DNA of 56,213 nucleotides, counting the filler, from Dugesia japonica (taxonomy: Eukaryota), in NCBI GenBank assembly GCA_001938525.1. It is 4 parts of 4 records of this genome, joined end to end, with 100 filler letters (N's around TTAATTAATTAA, not from the genome) between each part and the next. Parts side by side here need not be neighbours in the genome. Positions count along the whole stretch, not along the records: positions 1 to 28,118 come from MQRL01642257.1; 3 more parts are not named here. One strand, 5' to 3'. Below are positions 10,461 to 25,300 of this stretch, piece by piece (positions within the stretch are counted from its first letter, which is position 1; every line of letters begins with the position of its first letter). Below the pieces are notes generated by a model. That model had not been told where the DNA came from. It searched no databases and saw only the letters and a program-made list of their open reading frames with translations. A program made the translations under genes and the position numbers.

Positions 10461-12243
10461 TAAATAATCGAAGAAAAATAGCAATTTTCTAATAAAAATT
10501 CTGAAACGCCATTTAAATATATATTTTGGTATTACATGTTTCGACAGAATATCTGTCATCTTCATATGCAAAAATTTAATTCTTATTTTAAAATTTTTTA
10601 TTTAAACAATACTTATTCCTTTTCTTTTATTTTTTTAAGAAAATGCTTAAATATAAACGTTCTCATTATGTAAGCAATTATGCAATCTCTCCCATAAATC
10701 AAAAAAATTAAAAACATTCAATAAAGATTTAGAAAGACCACTTTGAACATTAATTTTTGGATCATAAGATCTAATCATCAATACTTCACACGAATCTCTC
10801 CCAATACTCTTTACAGTTTATGCACAAAATTTTAAAATAATTTATAATGATAACTTATTTACAATTAATATTATGTTCATCAATATTACTTCCACTAACA
10901 ATTAGACGATGTTCTTGATTTCTTGTAAAGAGATGACTGAAATTTCCTTGGTATTACACCTATTACATTTGTATTTATAAACAAGATCACGACACAATTG
11001 AATTGGTGTTTTAGACTTATTACTATACATATTTATGATTTTTTAAGATTGTGAAACAATTTTAAAAATCAAGAGTAATTTCTATATTTTAACAACCCAC
11101 TCTTAAATTTTTTAAATTCTTCTGAATATGGAATAGTTAATACGCAACTAAACTTATCTATCTTATCTTGGTCTTTGATAATACTTTCAAAATTGAAATT
11201 ATTATTACCATTATTATTGATATCTTTCATTTCATGATTATTTTTATAAACGATCTTATCAATTGTTTATCAATGATTTAATTTCTCCCCAATTGATTTA
11301 CAGTAACCTTTTTTATTTAGTAAAGAAGTTAAACTTTGAATATTAGCACAAGACTTCAAATATGAAGAGAAAAGAGTTTGCAATCTATAGTATGACAATA
11401 AAATTTTAACTGAACCTTGAAAAAAATTTTTTTCTATTGAATTTCTCGCGGAATCCCTGAAATATTTTCATGGAACCCTAGGGTTCCTTGGAACACAGTT
11501 TGAAAAACACTGCTATAACTTGCTAAATTTTGTAAGTTAATAGCGAATACAAGGTTTTAAGTAACAAGGCAATTCAAATCATTCTTCCATTTCATTCCAC
11601 TTATTTTAGATTGAATTTGACATCAATTTTAAGATTATCTTTGGCAAATATTGCACCAAATATTGAGAATTTATGCGTGTCAATGCAACATCACACTTCG
11701 CATTGATGAAATCATCACTTAATAACTATGTATGTTTTGTTAATTTTTTTTTGGATTACATGAATTAGTAATAAATATATATTTAATTTTAAAATAAATT
11801 TTTCTTCTTTTTCTTAAATAAAAACCATTTAATGGAAAAGTTTAGTTTTGCCATTTTCTTTGTTGCAGTTATTTTTAAATAAATGTCTGGAAGACAATGA
11901 AAGTTCGTGACTATGAAATTGCCTAAAATAATCTCACCCCATTTATTTGGTCGACAAATACGCCAAAAATGGAGGATTATAATAGAAGTTTAGTGGATGC
12001 TGGATATACATATTCATTTAGCAAAGGGGTTCCGCGAAAACAAAAATAAATGCAAAGGGTTCTGTAGTCCTAAAAAGTTTGAGTAACACTGAGTTAGACA
12101 ATAAAATTTAAACTGAAATTTGAAAAAAATTTTTCTATTGAAATTCTTGCGGAACCCCTGAAATATATTCACGGAACCCTAGGGTTCTGGGGAACACAGT
12201 TTGAGAAATACTGTTTTAGGCGAAATAATAATTATTATTAGTA

Positions 12244-12298
<55 letters not shown>

Positions 12299-15200
12299 NN
12301 NNNNNNNNNNNNNNNNNNNNNNNNNNNNNNNNNNNNNNNNNNNNNNNNNNNNNNNNNNNNNNNNNNNNNNNNNNNATTATTATTATTATTATTATTTTCA
12401 ATGTTTTTATTCAGATGTCACCACTTATATCAGATGGAGTAGATCTACTTGAAAAACGTATCTTGGAACATCCATATGATAAACCAATAGATTTTAAAGA
12501 GTATGCTTTTAACTTAAACTCATTACTTCATTAATTATTTAAAACTGTTTTACTTTCTTGTTTTGAGATATTTTTCATTTTTACTTAACTTTTGCCTTAA
12601 TTTTAGAAGAGTGATTCAGTTTATTCAGAAAAAATGAAGTAGAATAAAATTTGATTTATAAGTCAGATTAAAACTAGATTGAAAACAATTTTTTTATTTT
12701 AAACTTTTAATCTTTTCTCAATTAACCATTCTAGAGTCATTTACTGAAATATAATTTACTGTCAAATTTTTTTTAAACTTAAGACTTTCGAATCTATCGA
12801 ATTCATTGCGACTTTGGATAAAAGCTTCATTCCAAAAGCTTAAATAATATTCATACCACCAACAAAACTCGGATTTATATCTTTAACTACCGTAATGTAG
12901 GTATTCTTAATCATTCCATTCCAACTAACCCAAGCTTTAAACTCTCCTAAACATGTTATTAGTTTAGCAACGAATGCTCCTCTGAGAGATATATCTGATT
13001 GCCGCAAGATAGGATTTCCGCACATTCTCCACTTATCTTCTGACATCACCGGTACTGCTGCGTCCGTATCCCATAACATCGCTATCATCTTTCCATAACA
13101 TTCAACCAAGCTCCACCATCTACTATCTGCCTTCTTGAACACCATAGCATTTCGATTTACTGCATTTAATAGCTCCAATCTCTTTCTCTTCGAAATCTCT
13201 GCTTTCATCATAACCATATGCTAAATTGTCTGAATTATTTTCTTCATGAATACAGTGAACCTTTCTTGTGTTATTTCACAATAGGCTACAATTATTAAAA
13301 AAATGATTGTCCTACCACATATCAAACAACACTTATTCAATGGACAGTTGGTTCTGACATGACCGGACTCACCACAACAATAACATTCCCCTGGTTGAAG
13401 TCGTCTTAATTCGAGCTCAGGTAACCCTTTTGCTCTGTTATATACTCTTCTTGCTATATGCCTCATGGTAACTATAGGTCTTTGGGGCTTTTCGTATTCG
13501 TTCGACCTCTCCATAGGTTGTCTTCTCTCTGAATCCCTCAGTCCTCTATTTGAGTTGGAATACTACCTTCCTTGATTATTTACCAATGGTTTGATTACCT
13601 GTGGTATATTGTGTCTAATTGGCTTTTTAATACCTGTTACTACTGCGTATGTCGGCATATGTTCTCTTTTGCTATTTCCAATTGCAATAACTTTTGACTT
13701 TTCTTCAATACTCATTGAATTTCCGAAATTTGTCCTCAATTTCTTCCGAGGGCATATCTGGGTTCATTGCAATTGACTACTTTACTTTCCCTGAGCACAT
13801 TCTTTTTGAAATTATATCTTTCACGATCATGTCTTCTGTTTGCTTCACTAACAAAAACTCCTCTTATCAACTTCCTCACTCTAATAGCAAAATTTTATAC
13901 CTTTCATTTTATCGTTGATTTACTTGGCTCAAATCGTCGATCTTTTGCAAAACATTTTTCGACTTGATGTAATTTGAACTGTACCAATTTCTTGTATCTT
14001 CATCCTTCAGAATCTTTATTTTTTTTAAAGGCTAGCAATAATTCCTTCGTGTCACCGTTCAGCAATAGATCAAATGCTGTACATAAATTTAAAGAATTTA
14101 TGGTTACAAAATCTTCAATTGATTGTAGCCACTCTTTCGCATCTTCTTTGTAGCCAAAAAACTTTTTTATTATTGTGTTGGGTTTTCACGATTTTAAAAT
14201 GATGTTATTACTGTAGGGGCACACTCGTGAAGACCACAAGGATTTTAACGTCGTGTTTCCCTTACACGCTCTCGGTTTGGTTACGGTGACTCCTTTTTTA
14301 CGGGAGTGCTGTAACCGCCCCTTTAGTTTGGGTCCAGCGGGCCAGAGTGTTAGTCCGTCTTGGGAATATTTGGTTTTATTTATGTGCGATACATTACTAT
14401 CAGGACTTCAGTGACACTTTAAAAACAAAATTAAATTAAATGTAATTTCGTATCATTTTAACTTATCATATTTATCATTATTTCAATTGACCAATTGTCA
14501 AATATTCATTCACAGAAACTGTATTACACTTGCTATTAAAATTTAAAAATAACGATAACATGTTGTAATCAATTAATTCAATTCTGCATCCGTCACTCAA
14601 TCCGCATTGTTCCAATCTTACATCATCATCCATTTAGCAATTCTTGCTGAATCGTAAATACATTTTATTCAATTTGATATCTGTTTTATTAGAACAAATT
14701 TGTTTCAATCAACCAACAGTTGTAAATTTACTCAAATTAAATGCGAATTTCGATAATTCATGAATAATCGTCACTTTAATAGAATCTTTAGGAAACAATA
14801 AGCTGATCTTTTTCACTTCTTCAATCAATTCATTAAGCCTTGCAGTTATTGATTCAATTAATTGAATAATTCATTTAGTATTCATTTAGTATAGTATTCA
14901 TTCATTTTAGTAGAATATTCATTACTACTACTATCAGTTATCGTTATAAATCTGCTCGTTTCGCAATCATCACTGATATATCTTAAACAATTTTTTCCTT
15001 TAAATTGATTAGATTCAATATTGTTAAAATAAATGTGTTAATATAAATGTGTCATCAAATAAAAATGCATTTTTAACAATTATTGTATTATATACACAAT
15101 GTTATCAATATTACATTAATCAATAATGGTATTAAAAACAATCAATAATGATAATAATAATAATAATAAACCTTATATTTGTGAATTTTTTTAAAATTAT

Positions 15201-15523
15201 CTCTTTAGATCTCCTCTTTTATAGTCCTCTTCCCTCTTCTTCAAGTGGCAAAATACCTTCGAAATTATCTCCCCTTTGACAATTTTTTCAATCAATTGGT
15301 TTTTCAAAATTAATAACAACACCTTTGACAATTTTATCAATCAATTGGTTTTTCAAAATTAATAACTAAAATTCAGTGAATAATTTTTCACTAATATAAG
15401 AATCGAAACCCTGTCACTGGGCCCGATTTCGGACAAAGTAGAATCAACTTTTAACCACAACACACACTGCTACCAAAATAATAATAAAAATAATAACAAT
15501 AAATGGATCAATATGATCCGAAT

Positions 15524-15587
<64 letters not shown>

Positions 15588-16063
15588 NNNNNNNNNNNNN
15601 NNNNNNNNNNNNNNNNNNNNNNNNNNNNNNNNNNNNNNNNNNNNNNNNNNNNNNNNNNNNNNNNNNNNNNNNNNNNNNNNNNNNNNNNNNNNNNNNNNNN
15701 NNNNNNNNNNNNNNNNNNNNNNNNNNNNNNNNNNNNNNNNNNNNNNNNNNNNNNNNNNNNNNNNNNNNNNNNNNNNNNNNNNNNNNNNNNNNNNNNNNNN
15801 NNNNNNNNNNNNNNNNNNNNNNNNNNNNNNNNNNNNNNNNNNNNNNNNNNNNNNNNNNNNNNNNNNNNNNNNNNNNNNNNNNNNNNNNNNNNNNNNNNNN
15901 NNNNNNNNNNNNNNNNNNNNNNNNNNNNNNNNNNNNNNNNNNNNNNNNNNNNNNNNNNNNNNNNNNNNNNNNNNNNNNNNNNNNNNNNNNNNNNNNNNNN
16001 NNNNNNNNNNNNNNNNNNNNNNNNNNNNNNNNNNNNNNNNNNNNNNNNNNNNNNNNNNNNNNN

Positions 16064-16101
<38 letters not shown>

Positions 16102-16223
16102 GATAACGGACATAGTCCGAAAAATAGATAATAATGATTATGGATCAAATTTTTCCAGTTTTTTTTTCAAATTAATTAGCACAGTTTTGTGCTAATTAAT
16201 AAAATTTTCTAATAATGATAATG

Positions 16224-16283
<60 letters not shown>

Positions 16284-16333
16284 NNNNNNNNNNNNNNNNN
16301 NNNNNNNNNNNNNNNNNNNNNNNNNNNNNNNNN

Positions 16334-16389
<56 letters not shown>

Positions 16390-19300
16390 TTGATTGGCTC
16401 GACACCTGTGTTCCAGCCCAACAATTGGATAAATTGATTCTTGAACATTCTTTGGTAACGATTCTACAATTTTCATCTGCTGCTGACTCTGTGAGAACTG
16501 TCATTTCGGTGTGGTCGCCAGTTACAATACCATCTTGACTGATTAAATAATAATACCCTTTTCAAAAATGTATTACAAAACACTTTTTTGTATATTTAAA
16601 CAACAATATTATCTTATTTTTACTCATCCTTTTCTTGTTATTGCCTTTTTTTCCAATGAATTTCATAAATGAATTTTTACATAATCAACTAAATAAAAAT
16701 AATAAATAAAAATATTAATAGTTTTTAATGAAAAAGCATTATTAAATATTAATTAAGTTAAATTAAAATACATCAAAAGCGGATTAGAATTCAATGAAAA
16801 TATTAAGATCATTTTCTAAGATTTCAAGATAATATTATATTTACATGTCATTCCATTGAATTGAAATGTGGTTTATGAGCGGCAAGTCGCTCTGTGATCA
16901 AAGAATGTGCATAGAAAAAAATATTTGTAGAATTTTCTTTGAATTAAATTATATTTATGCATTATATTTTTACAAAAGAAAAGATAAAAGATACATACTT
17001 ACCGTCGATGTGGCATTCAAGTGAGGTCTGCTAACAGGGTTCCTTCCAACCATCTGCTATTTTGGTACATTATTTTTGTCAAATTCGTTTGTTTGCTCAG
17101 AACCTGCTCAAGAGATCTTATTTTGTTTGATATCGGTGCCTTCCACATGCTCTATTTCTTCCTGTTGTCCAATGTACCTCACGTCCGCTTTGATTTTTCC
17201 ACAAACTGTCTGCCGTATTTGGCACATCAATTACTTCAGGAAGTGATCTGATCATGTTCACTCTGCATGTTTTTGTCTTTTAGCTTTAGTTTAAAATTTT
17301 AAATTTTGAGCATCACGCACAACCAAACATACACAACTGGGTTTTTAATATATTTATTATTTATGAAAATTGAATACTTAAAAATTCTTGTTTTTTTAGA
17401 TAAATTATTGAATAGAGTAATTTGATTTATATAATCTATAATAGGTTGAAAATTGATATGAAAAATTGATTAAAATAAACAATATCGAATTAGATTTTTA
17501 TAACTAACAAAACGATAGTTGAATTAAAATCGTATTTTTCAAATTTGTACACAAATAAAATAATTGAGAGAAAATATATGAAATTTATTGATATTTATTT
17601 CCTTTAGATTTTTTGGTGCTTTAACAATGGATGTTATTGCAAGAACTATGTTCGGAATGCAAATAGATTCACAAACTAATCCTAATAATATGTTTATAGT
17701 TCATGCAAAAAAACTCTTTAGTGTATCAGCTTTTAATCCTTTCATTTTTCTTTTTTGTAAGCAAAATTTTTTATTTATAATATTTTTTAAAATGATTTTT
17801 TTTTGTTTCAGTAATATGTCCTAATTTAGCAAAATTTATAAGAAAACTCGTTCCTAAATATGAGATTTTTGGACGAAGCACCATGAAATTTTTCACTAAT
17901 AATTTACAAAAAGCAATTGATGAACGAGCTAAATTAACAGATGAACCGAGAGTGCTTTCTACTTATTAATGTAAAAAATAAATTTAATTAATCACATATA
18001 TAGGAATATAATGATTTCTTGGCATTAATGTTAAAAGCTCGTAAAGAAATCGATGGAAATGATACTGAAAGTGTTCATAATCTCGATTCTAAATCTTTAA
18101 CAAATCAAGAAATAATGGCACAATCATTTATTTTCTTATTAGCTGGATACGAAACTACTGCAACTACATTAACTTATTTGGCTTATTTTTTGGCTAAAAA
18201 TCCCAGTGCTCAACAAGAAGTTTATAAAGAAATTGTCGACTCTGTCGGAACTAATGTAAATCATTGTTATTTTTGTTTATTATTATGTGGAAATAATTAT
18301 TATTTAATAATTTCATCAAATAGAAATCGAGTTAACTGAAAATTAATATTTAAATTATTGTAATCATTTATTTTATCAAACATGTGTTGTAGTAGTAAAT
18401 AAATGATGCCTAAAAATATTAGTTGTGATTTGGCAAATGAATTATCAATTGAAGGTTTACCCAACATGGTGACAGCGGTAAATACCGATTCTTTTACAGA
18501 GATGTTATTGCCGAATGTGTTCTGCAGAGGAGATGGTATTGAGAAATACATCAAGCGGTGTGAATTGTATTTTGAAGCTAAAAACATCACCCAGATGAAA
18601 CAACAGGAGAAATTAGTCTCTTATTTGCTAGATGATGATATGTTTGAAGAATATTTAAAGACGTTTAAAAAAAGTTGAAGGTTTTCAGGTTCGTTTGCCT
18701 ATGGCATTTGAGAAAGAGAATTTTCAAAATTTGATTAAGTACAGGCGTAGAAATGAAAAGATTCAAGTTTATTTTAAAAATGTAAAAGATTTAGTAAAAA
18801 GATTATTTACAAATAAATATTTTACTGAGGAAAAAATGGCAGCAAAAATGCTAGTATATTGTTCCTATAACAAAAAAGTTGAAGAAGTGACTTTGCGGAA
18901 ATGAGAGAATATATAAAAAATTATAGAAACAATGACGTTAGTAGATCGAGTAGAGAAAAACAGAGATCAAGTTTATGCAGTGAGAAGTTACGCGAGAGTT
19001 ACAAGTCGAAATTAACAGAAACCTGTAAATCATACAGTGAATAGACATGTGAATCAAAGAAAGGAAAAAAATATCGAATGTTGTTCATGTCATAAGATCA
19101 GTCATACTAAAGCAAATTGTCAGTCAAAAAATGAGGTAGAGTGCTGGAATTGTCATAAACAGGACACAAGTCGAGATCGTCTAAATAAAAAACCAACATA
19201 ATGTTTTGGTTGTGGAAAGGTTAGCTATATTAGAAGGTTATGTCAAGAAGTGAAGTGTAAACGATGTGGTAATGGTGGACATAGGGCAGAAGAGTGGTAC

Positions 19301-22300
19301 ACAAATTTGAAAATGAAAATAACCAATGAGAAATTTATGACTGCAGAAAAATCAAGAAACCTTTATAATCGAGTAAATGCTATTGAAGGTGAAGATGTCA
19401 ATACAAACGATGAATGTGAGGAAGTGATTCCGAATGAAAGTGGTATGAAAATGATTCCGAAAGGCAATACCTAAAAGGCACTCAGGAATGAGTAATGAAA
19501 GATAGCGTTGTGCAAATAATAGTTCACTTGAAATTGTTGGGAAAGTTAGAACTGGAGTGATAATTGATGAAGTTTGCAAAGAGATTACTTTCTTAGTTGT
19601 TGAAAGAGTGACACCAGATTTGAATGGAGGAATAGATATGTAGAAGATTTTTGGATATCAGCTCATGCGAAAGGTTCATAGCAAAGCGGATGAAAAAGTT
19701 GAAAATTATATTTGTAATATTGAAGCGAAATTTGGGCGACAAATTAAAAAAGAAAATCGATTGACAAGAGCCTTAAATATTTTGAAGTTTAAAGAGGATC
19801 AACAGTTATTGAAAATAATTGCAAGTAAAGATGGCAGATAAATGGGATGTAGAACGCTCACATCTGGCAAGACACAAAATAATCACAAGTGGTGAACCAA
19901 TCAATGTAAAATCGTATAGGCAACCAATGAACTTAGAATATAAAATTAAAGAAGCTATCCAAAACCTTTTCGAGAATAATATTTCCCGGAAATGCAACTC
20001 TTCATTGAATACCCCACTTATTTGTTTTTGAAAAAAGAAAAAGTAGGACATAAGAATATATTTGGATTTCAAACAATTGAATGCAGTAACGAAAAGACAA
20101 GCCTTTCCTATGCCTAATGTTGATGAAATGTTGGACAAGTTAGATGGAGCCAAATATTTCAGTTCAATAGACTTGGGGTATGCATACTAGCAGGTAGAAC
20201 TCGAATAAGAATCACAAGAAAAAGTGGCGTTTTCAACGAAGCATGGAAAATATTGTTTTAATAGAATGCCGTTTGGAATTGCAGCAGCACCAGGGACATT
20301 TCAGGAGATGATGACAAAAGTGGTTGGCGGAATCAATGGAGCCATGGTTTATCTTGATGACATTCTGATATTTACGAACAATAAAGATCAACACTGTGAA
20401 ATAATTGACAGAATATTGATGGAAATAATGAAGGCTGGTCTAAGAAATAAACCATAAAAGTGTCAGTTTCTTCAAAGCGAAATCAAATTTCTTGGACACA
20501 TAATTAGCAGGGGTGGTGCTAGAACTGATCTGTCTAAAATAGAAATTATTATTTTAATACAAATGAAAATCATACTTAAAGTACTTTAAATAATTTAATT
20601 AATTTTAAATTATTATATATTATATTTTTTATATTATATATTTTTAAATAAAAATTAAATTCATTTTAAACTATTTTTAAAAGTTACATTAAATTATTTA
20701 TTTAAGCGTTTATTTATCTATTATTAAAATTCAACAAATTTAAATACCAAAATTTTAGAATTAATGCATGTTATTTTAAATAAATTAAATTATTGAATTA
20801 AGTCATTAATTTCAAATTAATTACTTCATTTCCAAATTTTTTAAATTTTTAATTTTCTACCTTTATTTTATCAAGTTAAGTAAATTATTTATTTAATTAT
20901 TTTCGTTAATAATTTCAGTCGAACTATCAAAAAATTTAACTGTCTCAAACCATACTTACAATTTATAATTAAAATGAAAATCAATAATAAATTGAATTCG
21001 ACAAATTACTACGTTTAACAAATTATATTTATTGATTTAATTAAAATTTTAATGTAAATCACAAACAGTAGTCATAGCAAAATTTATTTTCTATAAAACC
21101 GATTGCTATATATATTAAAAACATTTTTGCAAACAATTATTGTCATTATTTTTCAATAATAAAATAATGTTTGTGTAGCAAATTTAGTTTGAGTTAAAAT
21201 TTATAAAAATCAAAAAGTTCAGAATATTATGAGAATCAATTCACAACTTTTGGCACAGAAACAATCAGCAAAATTTAGGTTGAACAACTGTTCTACAAAC
21301 AATTAATCTACAAACTTCGTAGATGAAGAAGGAAGAGCGCAACCAACAAATTTTGATGACCACGTACTATTGGTATCCGTGAAAGAGGACAAAGGCTTGA
21401 TAACAAGAATGTTGACTGGATTTGACTCCTACGAACTATTGAACAACAACAAGTGTGTCCGAATTTTCACCGATTGGCTGCAGCGAAACTGCATTCCTAA
21501 AGAATCTCTTTATCGCGGATAAATCATAGCTTCTTTTCAAAGACTTAAAAAAGAGGTTTTGCGTTGCGCCAGGTGTTTCACCGAAATGAATATCTAAAGG
21601 TGTCCACCATAAAAGGCAATGTGGTGTGTTTGGTGTGACAGAAACGGGATTATCCACTGTGAAATCATCTCAAACGGGATTTGTTATTGTTGGAATGATG
21701 GCGATGGACATCACAATATCGGATTCTGGATATAAACGGCAAGCGTCAATTAAATACCATCAGCAATCTCTATCTGGCTAAATTTGACCGCATTCACGCT
21801 GCAATTTAGACGAAATTTCCGGACAAGAAAACATATCGTCTTCTACTACTTTGTTGAGCGTCGTTTCGTTGAATCTATCGACAAAAAGGGATGGAACTGC
21901 TTCATCATACGTTATAATCTCCCACAGAAGTTCCTACGGACTATTAAGTCAATCGATTTTTGAAAAATTGACTTGCTGAAAGTATAGTTGAAGGTATGCA
22001 GTAATGGAAGATATGACAAAAAGTGTAAGAACAATTTATATACCAAAATAATATATATAAGCCTTATATAAGCCTTTTAAGAATTATTTTTTATAAATGT
22101 TCCGCATAACCAGAAATACACTCAGATCATCAAAAGAGATATCATACTCAATGAGCCTCCCTTAATTAAGTCGAATCAATTTATCAATGATTGTTCTGCT
22201 CACAATTCAGACACAAAAAGATTAACAAGGAAAATAATAAGTTTAATAAGCTAAACACACATAATAATCATTATCTATTTAAGATAAGCATCTATTTAAA

Positions 22301-25300
22301 ATGTTTCTATTTAAATGATTAATGAAATGTATTTTAATTGTTAATATAATTTGTTTAAATTCAATGTGTGCAATCATTGTTAACTTTACAAGGAGGAATT
22401 TAATACATCAAGCGTTCTCATTAGTCCCTTAAATGTGTACGCACCTTTTTATTACTTGATTGTTTTTAAATTTTTTGTGCTTTCTTTGTATTTAATTGGG
22501 GATAGGTTTTAACGATTTTTAACCATATTATTGATTAGCGTAAAATTCTCTATCAAATAGATACTCTAATGATAAAATGTATTTCGAAAAAATAAAGATT
22601 TTACCAAAAATGATACTGAGCAAATTCTCAGCAGACTAGTATGAAATTTTTAATGTTTTGAAAACGAAAATTATTTTTGAAAAATTTCAAAATTTGGTTA
22701 ATTTAAACAAAAAGGATCTTTTCTCCAGATTTTCCGTTGAGAAATTAAAATTTCCGAGTGATTATGTTATAGGTAACGGAATTATGATATAATATTCATT
22801 ATTATGTAAACTCTGAGTTATTACGCCCACACTGCGTAATTTTGCCATAATCATGGATTATAATGTAATAATAATTTTAATAATAATATAGAAAACTTAA
22901 AACCCGGGTTTCGAGTAATTCCGGGGCAAAGGCTATAAAATATATTATATAATTGGTACATCGTCTCTTATAAAAGTTTTTTTTTTCCGATTAAAACTTA
23001 AATAAAGTAATTATAATAAAGTTCTGTTCAATTTTTATAAATTTTTAATATAAATGTTACTAAATAAGTAATTAAAATAAGATTTTTAATTATTTAAGAG
23101 TGTAATTATTGATTTATTTCAGGGTGATATAACTTATGAAAGTTTAATAGGAATGCATGCTCTTGATGCTGCTGTATGTGAAACACTAAGAATTTGTCCG
23201 CCAGCGGGTAGAATTGACAGATGTTGCACTCAAGATATAGTGTTAGAAGCTTCTGATGGTAGTAAAATAGTTGCTAGAAAAGGTGATATTTTCGCCATAC
23301 CAATATATGCTATTCATACGGATCCTTCAATTTGGGTGAACCCGGATAAGTTTGATCTTCATCGGTATTGAAATTTATTTATTTATTATAAAATGAAATG
23401 CTCTTATGACTGTTCAAAAATATCTTGGTAAATCATAATCGCAATTTATTTCACAAATTAACAAAGTTAATTCAATTGGTTCAAATTTTATATAATAAGC
23501 ACTTTTTTAATCAATCAAATATTATGTACGATTTTCGGAAATAATTCTGAAATAATAATTAATTAATAATTAAATAATTCGAAAATTTAAAGAAAAAATT
23601 ATCTGTTATTAAAACCTAATTTAAAATTTTCACAAAATTTCAAAGCAAACAACCATTCGCTAATAAAATATTTATTTTTAATTTTCTAAATTTTAAAACA
23701 AAATTGTAGATTCTAAAAATCTACAATAAATTGTGTATAAAAATATATGAATTAATCTTTAACTACACATAATTTTTTTTTACCAAAACTTTAATTTAAT
23801 TTACTTTTATTTCTTGATTAATTTGTAAATTCAATTTTTAAGTAAAAGATTTTTAAAAAAATAATTTCCAATCACAACACAAACATTTCAATTCGCTTTT
23901 AAAAACACACTTACAAACCATATTACACAATAACTTTTTAAAAAATAAAATCGAGAAATTGAGTCCTTTCAGGATACAAAAATATTTAAAAATTATTTAC
24001 AATTTTTAAGAAAATAAGCAAAATTTCCTAATTATTCACATAGAAGAAATCAAAATCATAGTGCAAATTCGCATAAGTAAACAAATAATTGCATTATCAA
24101 TAAAAATTTAATCGATAATAATTATAATTGTTCATTTCAATTTTCAATTTCAATTCAGGCATGAAATCAATATTAATCTAGTTTATAAGTTTAATCGCAA
24201 TTCTAATTAACTTTAAAAAAATATTTCTTATATAGATTGTTACATCGATTTTTTGAATATTAGTTTTAATCGTCCATTTAAATTAATTTATTATTTGTTA
24301 AATGATTTGTAATATGTTATTATTATAAATTATTTGTAATATGTTATTATTATAAATTATTTGTAATATGTTATTATTATAAATTATTTGTAATGTGTCA
24401 TTATTAATATAAATTATTTATTAATTGTAATTTAATAATTGATTAATGGGTAGTTAATAAATTTTTGTTATAAAAAATCAAAAAAATATTAAAATAAGTA
24501 ATTAACAAAGCCTTTGTGGTTTTATTTGATCAACCTCTTTTCGTCTTTTTATCCACTGATGGAGGCTGAGCATACTTATGTCTGATTGCAATTCCAATCA
24601 ATTGTTTGCATAAGTACTCGTGCATAAGCAAGTACCATGTCTTCACTTGTCTGGTACAACTGACAAACAAGTATTGGTAAAATGTTTTTTGGTTTGATTT
24701 TCAAATTATATAATTGATTTATTTTTTGTTTACTTACATTGTAAAATAGGTTAGGGCTAATTTGGGCTAATAAAACACAAGTAATTATTCTTAAAAATTC
24801 TTGTTGCTTTCTGAACGTTTCTTCCCAAAATTGCTTTATGCAATATATGTTTTATATAACTAATTCAAACAATTTATTAAAAATATATATTTTATTAAAT
24901 TATTTAAATTATATAAAATATCATTTCATTTTTAAATCGTCACAATATATTTAGTGTGTATTTAAAACAATTATTAATAATTACTGATTTGTTAAATAAT
25001 TTATTTATTAAAAATTAATAATTATTGGTAAGCAAAAGTAAACTATATTTCAGACACGGAGAAAGTTTGGTTCTTTGCCAATTTTTTGTGACTCAATTAT
25101 AATTTTTAAAGTTATAACTAAAATATTTAAATTTCACTCCTATTTGGTTGATTTTTTATGCACTCAAAAAATAAAGTTTTTTTTCTCTTTTTTCCCTTCA
25201 AATTTTTTTCTTTTTTTAATATTAGCTATAATAATAAAATTAAATTCAGATTCATATCGAGAACTTGTGATTCACCAGCATTTTTAAAATTTCACAAATG

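Noticed and set aside
16390-16525. PBS-like TGGCGACCAC plus a gag start on the minus strand
   Set aside because: Too short, no LTR identified, and truncated by microsatellite.
15444-16538. Long poly-I/L/N/Y ORFs in the track (also 10182-10571, 12201-12452, 41780-42345)
   Set aside because: Translations of (AAT)n microsatellites and N runs, apart from the CYP exon portions they overlap.
16990-17340. GC-richer minus-strand exon-like segment with a gtaagt donor
   Set aside because: Stops interrupt the frames and no motif is recognisable.
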